Below, piece by piece: positions 18,658-29,000 of a stretch of 64,000 bases of DNA. Under the pieces are notes generated by a model. The model was not told where the DNA came from. It did not search any database and worked only from the letters and a program-made list of their open reading frames with translations. A program made the position numbers and the translations under genes. The DNA is from Verrucomicrobia bacterium SCGC AAA164-E04 (GTDB lineage Bacteria; Verrucomicrobiota; Verrucomicrobiia; Limisphaerales; AAA164-E04), in NCBI GenBank assembly GCA_000383715.1, contig KB912023.1, positions 42,381 to 106,380 on the forward strand, written 5' to 3'. Positions within the stretch are counted from its first letter, which is position 1, and every line of letters starts with the position of its first letter.

Positions 18658-18746
18658 ATTTTGTGACGACCTTTGAAACGCCCAGCTGTTCCACACTTCC
18701 AACGTTGGAGGAGTTTTTTGATTCAAACTAAACATGGACCTGACCA

Positions 18747-19646
18747 ATGGAACATAACGATGCTCATTTGAATCAGCACCTGCCAAAGGTAGGGGTTGTT
18801 GGTGTGGGTCTTCTCGGGAAAGCCATTGCCGGGCGTCTTATTGATCAGGGATATTCCGTTGCTGGCTATGATCCGGTTGCCTGTCATGCAACAGACCTGC
18901 AATTCAGTGATTCACTCACCGAATTGGTCCAGAAGGTTGAGATTGTTCTCCTTTGTCTACCCGATAGTGGCATTGCCGCACAAGTGATTGAGGACGGATA
19001 TGATTTGTTTCTTGATCATCAAGTGGTGGTTGATACGACCACAGGCAGTCCCGATGAAATGATAGCAATGGGCCATAAACTGGCCCGGCGTAATGTATCT
19101 TATCTGGAGGCTAATGTTGCGGGTTCTAGTCAGCAAATGCTGGAAGGTAAGGCGACGCTTTTTGTTGGAGGTGACGCCAGGTTTGTCGAATTGAATGGCA
19201 GTCTGTTCGACGCGATCTCCACGCAATGGTTTCACTTAGGATCTCTCGGAGCCGGTTCGAGGTTCAAGCTAGTGCATAACATGGTGCTGGGATTGAATCG
19301 CCTGGTGCTTGCCGAGGGCTTGGAATTTGCAAGTTCCCTGGGTATGGATGGCGTTAAGACGCTGGAAATATTAAAACGCACGCCCGCGTATTCCAATGTC
19401 ATGGACAGCAAGGGGGATCGCATGGTCTACCGGGATTTTGAAAACCCTCAGGCGCGATTGTCACAACACCTCAAGGATGTTTGCCTGATGATTGATCAGG
19501 CACAGGCCTCCGGTGGCAATATCCCTCTAACCACGCTGCATCAGCAATTATTGGAACGAGCCGAGGAGCTTGGTTTTGGAGCCTGTGATAACAGTGCCAT
19601 CATTGAAGGATTGAAACCTAACTTATCCAAAAATGGACTGTCATGA
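18747..19646 (+). CDS. NAD(P)-dependent beta-hydroxyacid dehydrogenase (3-hydroxyisobutyrate dehydrogenase family)
   Basis: N-terminal VGVVGVGLLGKAIAGRLIDQGYSVAGYD dinucleotide fold. Central and C-terminal blocks (GSLGAGSRFKLVHN, KDVCLMIDQA) are typical of the family. Confidence 0.85.
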   Translation: MEHNDAHLNQHLPKVGVVGVGLLGKAIAGRLIDQGYSVAGYDPVACHATDLQFSDSLTELVQKVEIVLLCLPDSGIAAQVIEDGYDLFLDHQVVVDTTTGSPDEMIAMGHKLARRNVSYLEANVAGSSQQMLEGKATLFVGGDARFVELNGSLFDAISTQWFHLGSLGAGSRFKLVHNMVLGLNRLVLAEGLEFASSLGMDGVKTLEILKRTPAYSNVMDSKGDRMVYRDFENPQARLSQHLKDVCLMIDQAQASGGNIPLTTLHQQLLERAEELGFGACDNSAIIEGLKPNLSKNGLS

Positions 19647-21361
19647 ATGGATTACCACTAGCTGACTTATTTGTTCTCTTTCTTTATCTGGCCGGGATTA
19701 CCTGGCTGGGGGTGAGAATGGGGAAAGGAATCCAAAAACAATCTGATTTTTTCATGCCTCGGCGATTTGGTAAAAGCATGATGATGATGCATGCTTTCGG
19801 GACCGGAACCGCATCCGATCAGGCTGTGGTCGTTGCTTCGGGCACATTTCGTCATGGATTGTCAGGGATCTGGTATCAATGGCTCTGGTTGTTCAATACG
19901 CCATTCTATTGGTTGATTGCTCCCATCTTCAGACGGTTCCGTGCGACGACGACTGCGGACGTCTATGCACTCAGGTTTGGTTCGAGTGTGGCCGTGTTGT
20001 TCTCGATGGTTGGGATCATCGGATTGGCTGTTAAAATTGGTCTATTGTTGAAGGGGGCAGGGGCCTTGGTCGAGTCTGGGACGCAAGGAATGGTGAGTGC
20101 TTCATTTGCTGTGCCGGTGGTTGCTGTTTTGTTTGTTGCTTATGGAATGGTAGGGGGGCTGGGAGCGGCGATTGTCACCGATTACATCCAGGGGGTTTTA
20201 ACCGTTCTCTTTTCAGTCATGCTATTGCCGTGGACACTTTCGGCGGTAGGCGGTCTTTCCGGGGTGCGGGAGACCTTGAACGATCCGTCGATGCTTTCCA
20301 TGGTGGCACCCGAAGGAGTCACACCATTCTTCATAGCTACTTTTGCGGTGTTGTCATTAGTAGGTATTGTAGCGCAGCCATTCATCATGGGGGTTTGTGG
20401 TGCTGGGCGGACTGAAATGGATGGCCGCTTTGGCTTCGTAGCTGGCAATTTGATCAAACGTATCTGCACAGCTGCATGGGCGGTGACAGGTATTGCAGCT
20501 CTGGCCTGGTATATGCAAAAAGGAGCAGATTTGACCTCCATTGATCCGGATCAGGTATATGGGCAGATGGCTGCCGAATTTTTACCAAGCGCTTTTCCGG
20601 GACTCCTGGGGCTTTTTCTTGCCTCGATTCTGGCAGGAGTGATGAGTTCCTGTGATTCAATGATGATTTCTGCTGCCGGATTGTTCACAGAGAATCTCTA
20701 CAAACCGCTTGTTAAAAATCGTTCTTCTGATCACTACATGCTGATTGGGAGATGTATTTCCGTCTTGATTGTTTTGAGCGGTGTGTTTGTTGCCTTCTGG
20801 ATGAGTGACGTTGTTAAAGGGCTCAAATTCTGGCTTAAGATTGCTCCCATGCTGGGCATAGCCTTCTGGATTGGTTTGTTTTGGAAGCGATATAACGCCG
20901 TTGGTGCCTGGATGAGTACTGCTTCGGGATTTACGGTATGGTGGCTGACCCTGCAGCCGGGTGTGGTGCATTGGATTCAATCCCTGCCATTTGCGAAGTC
21001 TTTGGGGATGATTCAAAATGCGTCTGATAAACCGATCCTTCATGAACCCTGGCAAATCGTGATTTACTTAATGGCGGCTGCCTTTGCTGGTATCATTGCA
21101 AGTCTATTGACCAAAAGGCCCAATGAGGCAAAGGTAAACCAATTTCATCAACTCATTCGGACGCCTGTGCAACCTGGTGAAGTGATTACAACAAGTTGTC
21201 AATTGCCTGCTGGAGTTCAAGCTGTTCATAGAGCCACATGGTTCACGGGTAGTAATTTTGAAGTTCCCGTACCTTCTAAAACCTCCGTTATCGGCTTTTT
21301 TGTCTCTTGTGCTGCGGTGGGCGCAATGATTGGCGGATTTATCTGGTTGATGTGGGCCTAG
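19643..21361 (+). CDS. Sodium:solute symporter family (SSF) transporter
   Basis: 572 aa with about 13 hydrophobic segments. The ATGA overlaps the dehydrogenase stop. Overall SSF-like pattern (GLGAAIVTDYIQG). Confidence 0.85.
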   Translation: MNGLPLADLFVLFLYLAGITWLGVRMGKGIQKQSDFFMPRRFGKSMMMMHAFGTGTASDQAVVVASGTFRHGLSGIWYQWLWLFNTPFYWLIAPIFRRFRATTTADVYALRFGSSVAVLFSMVGIIGLAVKIGLLLKGAGALVESGTQGMVSASFAVPVVAVLFVAYGMVGGLGAAIVTDYIQGVLTVLFSVMLLPWTLSAVGGLSGVRETLNDPSMLSMVAPEGVTPFFIATFAVLSLVGIVAQPFIMGVCGAGRTEMDGRFGFVAGNLIKRICTAAWAVTGIAALAWYMQKGADLTSIDPDQVYGQMAAEFLPSAFPGLLGLFLASILAGVMSSCDSMMISAAGLFTENLYKPLVKNRSSDHYMLIGRCISVLIVLSGVFVAFWMSDVVKGLKFWLKIAPMLGIAFWIGLFWKRYNAVGAWMSTASGFTVWWLTLQPGVVHWIQSLPFAKSLGMIQNASDKPILHEPWQIVIYLMAAAFAGIIASLLTKRPNEAKVNQFHQLIRTPVQPGEVITTSCQLPAGVQAVHRATWFTGSNFEVPVPSKTSVIGFFVSCAAVGAMIGGFIWLMWA

Positions 21362-21374
21362 GCAAGCGAGTCAA

Positions 21375-22523
21375 TCATTGATTAAACAAAGGGTAAGGGT
21401 GCGCCAAGACAACACGAAAGCCTACGTTTCCATATTCCAGATTGATGCCAAACCAGTGCCTTTCAGCAGCTCGTCCATTTTTTGGGCGATCACTCCATGC
21501 GCCGCCTCGCAAAACGTGATCATTTCCGAGGGCACTGATGTAGTTCGTGACGTGCCCGCCGGGATAAAAAACGTGCCAGCCTAAACACCATTCGTAAACA
21601 CCACCATGCAATCCATGCAAGCCCCATGGATTGGGGAGTTTTTCATCCACTGGATGTGTTCTGCCTTCCGAGTTATCCAAATGCCAGGCGTAGTTGTCAA
21701 AAAGTTCAAAATCAGAATCATTCCCAAAGGAATAGCGAGTGGTCGTGCCCGCGCGGCACGCATACTCCCATTCGGCCTCGGTGGGAAGACGGTAAATGTA
21801 GTCCTCAGGTAATCGTCCAGCCTCTGCTTCACGCTGGGTCAAACGCTCGCAATAAAGCATCGCAATATCCCAGTTGGTGTTTTCAACGGGATAATCGAGT
21901 CCCAGCTTGAAGCGGGATGGGTTTTCTTCAAATAATTCAAGATATTCGCCTTGAGTAACTTCATATCTCCCCATCCAGAACCCTCTTGTCAGGGTAACCT
22001 TGGTTAGCGGGTTTTCATCGGTGTCTCGGTTTTGCTCATCAGGTGGGCTTCCCAAAATAAATGTTCCAGGAGGTATCCATGAAAACCTTCTTAAATCAGG
22101 AGCCTCGATTTCCTTTCTGGCGCGATAAAATCTGACTGAGGTACCTGCACCTTCAAAATCCAACGTGAAACTTGAGTGGTCGGTAAATTGTATTTCGGAG
22201 AGCTTCGACCATCGAGCTGATTTGCCAAGTTCAGATGTCGTTTCTATGATGTAGGTTTGTCCCTCAGGTCCCGACAAAGAAAGACCCGGAACAGCTTCTC
22301 CTTCAGCAAGGAAATTTTTGAATGCGGGTAATAAAATGGCCTGCAATATCTCACCAATGGGGCGTACATCATATAATTGAACGGCCATTTTTAATTCTGT
22401 TTGGCCCGATAATGAATGTGTCACTATGCAGAAACAAAACGTTACGCAGGTAAAGACAGATCTTGCGTTGGAATAAAATGGGTTCACCCCCGCAGATGTA
22501 GAGGGAGAGTGGAAGCTTGTCAA
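21375..22523 (-). CDS. Formylglycine-generating enzyme (SUMF1/FGE-sulfatase) family protein with an extra N-terminal beta-rich module
   Basis: The C-terminal ~240 aa carries FGE-family blocks (WIPPGTFILGSP, GRYEVTQGEYLELF, EAEWEYACRAGTTT, GLHGLHGGVYEWCLGW, LRGGAWSD). The N-terminal ~140 aa holds a signal/anchor and a module ending in RFYRA. Confidence 0.85.
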   Translation of the reverse strand: MTSFHSPSTSAGVNPFYSNARSVFTCVTFCFCIVTHSLSGQTELKMAVQLYDVRPIGEILQAILLPAFKNFLAEGEAVPGLSLSGPEGQTYIIETTSELGKSARWSKLSEIQFTDHSSFTLDFEGAGTSVRFYRARKEIEAPDLRRFSWIPPGTFILGSPPDEQNRDTDENPLTKVTLTRGFWMGRYEVTQGEYLELFEENPSRFKLGLDYPVENTNWDIAMLYCERLTQREAEAGRLPEDYIYRLPTEAEWEYACRAGTTTRYSFGNDSDFELFDNYAWHLDNSEGRTHPVDEKLPNPWGLHGLHGGVYEWCLGWHVFYPGGHVTNYISALGNDHVLRGGAWSDRPKNGRAAERHWFGINLEYGNVGFRVVLAHPYPLFNQ

Positions 22524-22640
22524 GAGAACCCGAAGTGTTCATTGGGGTTGATATCTCAAACTCGTTGTGATATCGAATCTCTCGTCAATTCTATAATGGA
22601 ACATTACAATCTCAATCAATTCTAGAATAACCGTTTATTC

Positions 22641-23771
22641 ATGAACAATTCTCTACCGACTGCCAGAGATAAAGTGCTTTTCACACCTGGGCCTTTAACG
22701 ACAAGCCTGACTGTCAAACAGGCAATGCTGCGAGATGCTGGATCCTGGCATTTCGAATTCAATGCCAAGGTCAAAGAGATTCGCCAACGCATTTTGACAC
22801 TGGCCGGCGTGACATCCGAGAAAGGCTATGAATGTATCTTGCTGCAGGGAAGCGGCACTTTTGGTGTCGAATCGGTTTTCTCCACTTCCGTGCCTGAGGG
22901 GGGCAAAGTCCTGGTGTTATCCAATGGGGCTTATGGTGAACGAATGGTTGCGATGCTGAAGTGTCTTCGCATTGAGAATACCGTTTATCGAACAGGTGAA
23001 AATGAACCTCCCGATCCAGCATACGTGGCCTCACTCCTGGAGAAGGATACCGACATCACGCATGTCGCTGTTGTGCATTGTGAAACCACGACAGGGATCG
23101 TGAATCCCATAGCATCTATTGGTAAAACGGTGAAAGCGGCTCAGCGTCATTACATCGTGGATGCCATGAGCAGTCTGGGAGGCATGCCGATTGATTTCGA
23201 GGATGCCTGCATCGATTTCCTCGTTTCATCCGCCAACAAATGTATCGAAGGGGTGCCAGGTTTTTCCTTTGTCATTGCCAAGCGTGACCCCTTGTTTGCC
23301 AATGAATCCACAACCCGTTCTTTGAGCCTTGATCTTGCTGCGCAATTACGTGGATTTGAAAAAAATGGTCAATTCAGATACTCCCCTCCAACGCATTCTT
23401 TACTGGCATTCGAGCAAGCTCTGAATGAGCTTGACAGCGAGGGCGGCGTCGAGGGACGGGCTCTGCGCTACAAGCGAAATCATGAAGTCCTGATGAGTGG
23501 TATGGAATCTCTAGGTTTTAAATCCTATCTGGATGCCAAGATTCAAAGCTATCTAATCACTAGTTTTCATTTTCCCGAAGATTCGAAATTCACCTTTGAT
23601 GTTTTCTATCGAAAATTGAGTGACCGAGGCATGATTATTTATCCTGGGAAAATAAGTCAAGTGGACCTCTTTCGTATTGGGTCCATTGGCCGTATTTTTG
23701 AATCTGATGTGTTGGCTCTCGTCGCTTCCATTAAAGGTGCCTTGGAGGACATGAACGTGTCCATGAAATAG
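22641..23771 (+). CDS. phnW: 2-aminoethylphosphonate--pyruvate transaminase
   Basis: Collinear similarity to enterobacterial PhnW: LFTPGPLTTSLTVKQAML, LLQGSGTFGVES, VLSNGAYGERMV, VHCETTTGIVNPI, YIVDAMSSLGGMPID, SSANKCIEGVPGFSFVIAKR, SLSLDL, SPPTHSLLAF, IYPGKISQVDLFRIGSIG. Confidence 0.8.
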   Translation: MNNSLPTARDKVLFTPGPLTTSLTVKQAMLRDAGSWHFEFNAKVKEIRQRILTLAGVTSEKGYECILLQGSGTFGVESVFSTSVPEGGKVLVLSNGAYGERMVAMLKCLRIENTVYRTGENEPPDPAYVASLLEKDTDITHVAVVHCETTTGIVNPIASIGKTVKAAQRHYIVDAMSSLGGMPIDFEDACIDFLVSSANKCIEGVPGFSFVIAKRDPLFANESTTRSLSLDLAAQLRGFEKNGQFRYSPPTHSLLAFEQALNELDSEGGVEGRALRYKRNHEVLMSGMESLGFKSYLDAKIQSYLITSFHFPEDSKFTFDVFYRKLSDRGMIIYPGKISQVDLFRIGSIGRIFESDVLALVASIKGALEDMNVSMK

Positions 23772-23778
23772 CCCTTTT

Positions 23779-24645
23779 ATGTTTGCGTCCTGCCGTAAAA
23801 ACCAGTTACCAGAATTTATGATGATTCACGTTTGTTTGTTTTTCTTCCGTGTTTTGTGTGTAGGGCTTGCTTTTACACTTCAATCGGCATGCCTGGAGGC
23901 TGAGGTAACTCCGTTGCCTAATGCTCATGCGCACAACGACTATCACCATCCCAGACCCTTGCTTGATGCACTGGATGCTGGCTTTTGTAGTGTGGAAGCG
24001 GATGTGTTCGTCGTGGGAACTCAACTTTTGGTTGCGCATGATCGAGTAGATGTAAAGCCTGGAAACACCCTCAAAGACCTTTACTTGGAGCCATTGCTCA
24101 AGAGGCATAAGATGAATTCAGGTTCAATATACCCAGAGGGTCCTGCCTTCTACCTGATGATAGATTTTAAATCCGAAGCAGAATCAACCTATGCTGCCCT
24201 GAGAGACCTCCTCAGTGATTATCGTGAAATGTTAACAGAATATGGTAGCAAAGGCATGCAGCACCGATCAGTGACGGTTGTCATATCTGGTAATAGACCG
24301 ACTGAGACATTGGCCAGAGAAAAATTGAGGTACGCGTTTATTGACGGGAGGCTGAGTGACCTTGACAAGAATGAACAACCAGTTTCTCTCATTCCGTGGA
24401 TAAGTGAAAGTTGGCGCAGTCATTTTAATTGGAACGGAAGAGGCGAATTCACTTCTACTGAAAAAGTTAAATTAAACCAATGGATCACAAAGGCGCATAC
24501 CCAGGGGCGTAAAGTTCGTTTTTGGGCAACTCCCGAAACGGTTAACTTTTGGAAAACGGTTTACGAAGCTAAACTGGATTTTATCAACACTGACAAATTG
24601 AAGCGGCTGCAGCAGGTTCTATCTGATCTGCAGACGACTCCCTGA
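23779..24645 (+). CDS. Secreted PI-PLC-X / glycerophosphodiester phosphodiesterase-like (AIM6-type) protein
   Basis: The motif NAHAHNDYHHPRPLLDALDAGFCSVEADVF matches the HxHNDY...PL..AL..G..S.E.DV signature of the Ca-dependent PI-PLC/GDPD-like family. The signal peptide probably starts at Met 23818. Confidence 0.6.
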   Translation: MFASCRKNQLPEFMMIHVCLFFFRVLCVGLAFTLQSACLEAEVTPLPNAHAHNDYHHPRPLLDALDAGFCSVEADVFVVGTQLLVAHDRVDVKPGNTLKDLYLEPLLKRHKMNSGSIYPEGPAFYLMIDFKSEAESTYAALRDLLSDYREMLTEYGSKGMQHRSVTVVISGNRPTETLAREKLRYAFIDGRLSDLDKNEQPVSLIPWISESWRSHFNWNGRGEFTSTEKVKLNQWITKAHTQGRKVRFWATPETVNFWKTVYEAKLDFINTDKLKRLQQVLSDLQTTP

Positions 24646-24659
24646 GCCATCAAGTCTAC

Positions 24660-26033
24660 ATGAATAAACAATCCTCCGATTCTTTGGACCATCTTCGATC
24701 TGAAGGTGATATCAACTTGTCTCCGGCCCGGCAGGCTTGGGCGAGAGAAGCACTTGATGATGCTACGCGAGAGAAATTAGAGGAAGATGCCTCCGTATTT
24801 TTGCATCAATCTTTGTCCACACCCTGTCTCAATGTGCTCAAGGGGTGTGAAGGAGTTTATCTGGAAGATATTCAAGGGAACCGGATCATTGATTTTCATG
24901 GTAATAATGTGCATCAAGTGGGGTTCGGTCACCCCAAGGTTGTTGAAGCGGTCAACAAGCAGATGCTGGAGATGCCTTTCTGCACACGGCGTTACACAAA
25001 TGACGTATCCATACGGCTTGCCCAGAAACTGGTTTCGCTCGCACCGGGTGATTTAAACCGAGTGCTTTTTGCGCCTGGTGGAACGTCTGCGATTGGGATG
25101 GCATTGAAGCTTGCGAGGGTCGCCACCGGACGTCATAAAACCATCTCCATGTGGGATTCATTCCATGGTGCTTCATTGGACGCCATTTCCATCGGGGGTG
25201 AATCGGTTTTCAGAAACGGGGTGGGACCACTCTTGTCCGGATGTGAACATGTTCCCCCTCCCGACAATAAACATTGCCCTTTCAAATGCGGTCAATCATG
25301 TAACCTTTCCTGTGCTGATTACGTCGAATACGTCCTCGAAAAAGAGGGTGATGTGGCTGCGGTGGTTGCCGAAACAGTGAGATCGACACCGTTTATTCCT
25401 CCTGCCGATTACTGGCAACGCATACGCAAAGCCTGTGATAAGCATGGAGCCCTTCTCATTCTGGATGAAATCCCTCATTGTCTCGGGCGCACAGGCAAGA
25501 TGTTCACGTTTGAACATTATGGAATCGTGCCCGACATGGTGGTGATTGGAAAAGGACTGGGTGGAGGGATCTTCCCTCTGGCAGCCTTGATAGCCAGAGA
25601 GGGTTTAAACGATGCCATGCCAGACAAGGCTCTTGGTCATTACACCCACGAAAAAAACCCAGTCGCCTGTGCCGCCGCATTGGCAGCCATTGAAGTAATT
25701 GAATCGGACCATCTACTCGATAATGCCGTCAAGATGGGGAATCATGCGGTAGAACGGATGAAACGAATGGCAGATACATTCTCCATGATTGGCGATGTAC
25801 GTGGAAAAGGTCTCCTGATGGGAATGGAACTGCTCAAGGATCAGGTAACAGCTGAACGAGCCATTGAAGAAGCCGAAGGGGTTATGTATGCGGCTTTGAC
25901 GAAAGGACTGAACTTCAAGATAACGATGGGCAACATCCTCACGTTGACGCCTCCTCTGACGATCACTGAAACTGAAATGAATGCTGCTTTGGATATTCTT
26001 CAGGAAAGTTTACATGAGGTGTTTGCTCGCTGA
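24660..26033 (+). CDS. Class-III (omega) aminotransferase family PLP enzyme
   Basis: FAPGGTSAIGMALKLAR, SFHGAS, LILDEIPHCLGRTGKMF, and the PLP-Lys block VVIGKGLGGG. Substrate unknown. Confidence 0.85.
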   Translation: MNKQSSDSLDHLRSEGDINLSPARQAWAREALDDATREKLEEDASVFLHQSLSTPCLNVLKGCEGVYLEDIQGNRIIDFHGNNVHQVGFGHPKVVEAVNKQMLEMPFCTRRYTNDVSIRLAQKLVSLAPGDLNRVLFAPGGTSAIGMALKLARVATGRHKTISMWDSFHGASLDAISIGGESVFRNGVGPLLSGCEHVPPPDNKHCPFKCGQSCNLSCADYVEYVLEKEGDVAAVVAETVRSTPFIPPADYWQRIRKACDKHGALLILDEIPHCLGRTGKMFTFEHYGIVPDMVVIGKGLGGGIFPLAALIAREGLNDAMPDKALGHYTHEKNPVACAAALAAIEVIESDHLLDNAVKMGNHAVERMKRMADTFSMIGDVRGKGLLMGMELLKDQVTAERAIEEAEGVMYAALTKGLNFKITMGNILTLTPPLTITETEMNAALDILQESLHEVFAR

Positions 26034-26099
26034 TTTTTATAGTGGATTGATTTCAAAATCTCCTTGTTGAATCTGCCAATTCCGATTTTAAATGGCACC

Positions 26100-29000
26100 A
26101 TGTCATCCCAAAAAAGTTCAAAGCGAACTCAAGGCAGTTTGGTGCTTCAATGGTTTGTTTTGATCCTTCTTTTTGCTGAGTGTCTGTCATTACAGTCAGC
26201 AACGGATCTCAGTCCAAATAATCCTTTTTATGTAAATCAATCGTTCCCGAAGTTGACTACCCCTCAGTGGATTGGGGAAGAGGGGGTCGAAGCCGTGATC
26301 ATTCTGGCTATTGATGACTTGAGAACGCCTGAAAAATTCGAGTCTTATCTTCGACCTATTCTTGAACGACTGAAAAAGATCGATGGTCGTGCACCTGTCA
26401 GTATCTACTGTAATGCGCTTCAGCCTGATCATCTGCAATTTCAAACTTGGCTGAACGAAGGTTTGTCTATGGAAGTGCATACCCTGTCTCATCCATGCCC
26501 TCTGCTTGCCAAGGGAAATTTTCAAAGTGCGGTCAACACTGTCATGGGTGGCATCGACTTACTGAATTCCATTCCCGGTAATCGTGCGGTGGCTTACAGG
26601 ATGCCATGCTGTGATTCCATAAATTCTCCTAGTCCGAGATTTTACAGCGAAATATTTCCTCAAACCTCTGCACAAGGCAATTTTCTGGAAATCGATTCTA
26701 GTGTGATGTGTCTTTTTACAAGTGATGACAAGGAGTTGCCCCGCGAGCTGGTTTTGGATGCAGCAGGCAAGGAACGGTATACCAAATATGTGCCTTTTCC
26801 CTCCTTCACCACGACCATCAAAAATTACCCATACCCTTATATTATCAATAATGTCTGCTGGGAATTTCCAGCTCTGGCACCGAGTGATTGGGAAGCTCAA
26901 AACCTGCATGGTGTGAATAATGAGATTACGGTGGAGGACTGGAAGCGAGCACTCGATATTGCAGTGATCAAGCAGGGTGTGTTTACATGGATCTTCCACC
27001 CTCACGGATGGATTCGGAATGATCAGGTGAATGCGTTTATTGACTACGCTACTGAGACGTATGGGGGACGTATCAAATTCCTGACGTTCAAGGAAGCATC
27101 TGATCGTTTGAAAGATAATTTACTGGATGGACAATCACTCCGGAATGCAGGAGGAAATGATGCTGGTATCCGATTATTGGATGCCAATGATGATGGGTAT
27201 CTAGACGTGCTCCTGGGGCATGAAAATGAGCGGGCCATGCGCATCTGGCAACCATCCAAACAAGAATATCGAACGGTAGAGACCTCACTGAATGTTCTCT
27301 CAAAATCGGGTGAAACAGCGGGACTTAAACACGGAGTATTCTGGGCTAATGGTCCTGTTGCTTTTTTATACCGAACTGAAAATTCCGAAGGGGCATGGGT
27401 GCGCTCTGAGAATGGGGTTGAAGAAAAGGGAAGTTTGATCTCGGAACTGCGCTGCGAAGGGAAACCGGTTCAAACACTCCTCAAGGGGAGTGGAAATGGA
27501 GTGATCGTCTACGATGTGGATGGAGATAGCATCGATGAATTGATTGTCGCTTACCATGATCAACATGGGATTTTAAAATGGAATCAGAGTCGTCAAACTT
27601 GGGAGGATTTGAATTATTCCTGGCCTGAAGACCTACACTTGATAGATGATGAAGGGCGGGATGCGGGTGTTCGTTTGGTTGATATCAATGGTGATGATCA
27701 CCCGGATTTACTCAAATCAGATGAGCAAGATTACGCAGCCTACATTTTTATTCCTGAGTTAGTTCTTGGTTTTCAAAAAGGTTGGACCCGACTGGTCATG
27801 GAAGGTCAGCGAGGCGATGAAGACGCGATACCGGCTTTTATCCGATCAGGTCCTCATCGCGATAATGGTGCCTGGTTTGCCGATGGGCATGTCTGGGTTC
27901 AAAATGAAGATACGGCGCATTTGCCTGATTTGGTTCAGCGTAAGTCTTTTGAGGCAATTCTTCTGGGAAATCGCCCTCAGCCCAAAGATGTGGATGAAGC
28001 TCTGGCTGCGTTCGAATTGGACGATTCATTCGAGATCAGATGCGTGGCCTCGGAGCCTTTGATAGAAGATCCAGTTGCTTTTGAATGGTCAGCTGATGGA
28101 TTCCTGTGGGTAGCTGAGATGCGTGATTATCCGCTAGGTATTGATGCCACTGGCAAGCCCGGAGGAAGAATCAAAAGATTAAAAGATGTGGATGGGGATG
28201 GGGTTTATGACGAGGCCTCCGTTTTTCTGGATGGGATACCGTTTCCTTCAGGATTGTATCCATGGGAGAACGGTCTGTGGGTGAGCGCGGCACCTCATGT
28301 GTTTTTTGCGGCTGATCTGGATGATGACGGTCAAGCGGACTTACGGAGAAATATGTTTTCCGGGTTTGGTGAAGGCAATCAACAACACCGCGTGAATGGG
28401 TTCACCTATGGACTCGATCACTGGCTATATGGTGCGAATGGTGACAGTGGTGGTGAAATAAGCTCTTTATGGTCAAATCAAACTGTTAATTTGAGGTTTA
28501 AAGATTTTCGGTTTCATCCTGGAACAGGGAAGTTTGAGGCCATAGAAGGTCAAACGCAATTTGGTCGAACACGCGATGATTGGGGGAATTGGTTTGGTAA
28601 TAATAATCCAAACTGGTTATGGCATTATTATTTGCCTGACACTTACTCAAAGTGGGCCGTTATTCCTGATCTAGGGTCGAATAAAATACAATTGGCAGCC
28701 GACCTTGCTTCCAAAAAAATCGACCAAATTGCTCCCAGTCTTCAAAGATTTAATGACGTCGGTATGCGAGGTCATGTTACATCGGCTTGCAGCCCCACTA
28801 TCTATCGTGACAACGTGCTCTTTGAGGATGACCAGCAACATGTTTTTGTCAGTGAACCCGTTCACAATTTGGTGCGCCATTTTCTCTTGAAGCGTGATGG
28901 AGTTACTTTCTCCGCTGAGCGCCCTGACCATGAGCAAGCACGTGAGTTCCTTGCGAGTCGCGATCCCTGGTTTCGTCCCACGATGACAAAGACTGCTCCA

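Noticed and set aside
18696-18719. Hairpin CTTCCA-ACGT-TGGAGG followed by T6 after the sulfatase-HEAT gene
   Set aside because: The stem is only 6 bp with a G-U pair, and the next same-strand gene starts 28 bp later. It could be a weak attenuator, but the evidence is too thin to annotate as a terminator.
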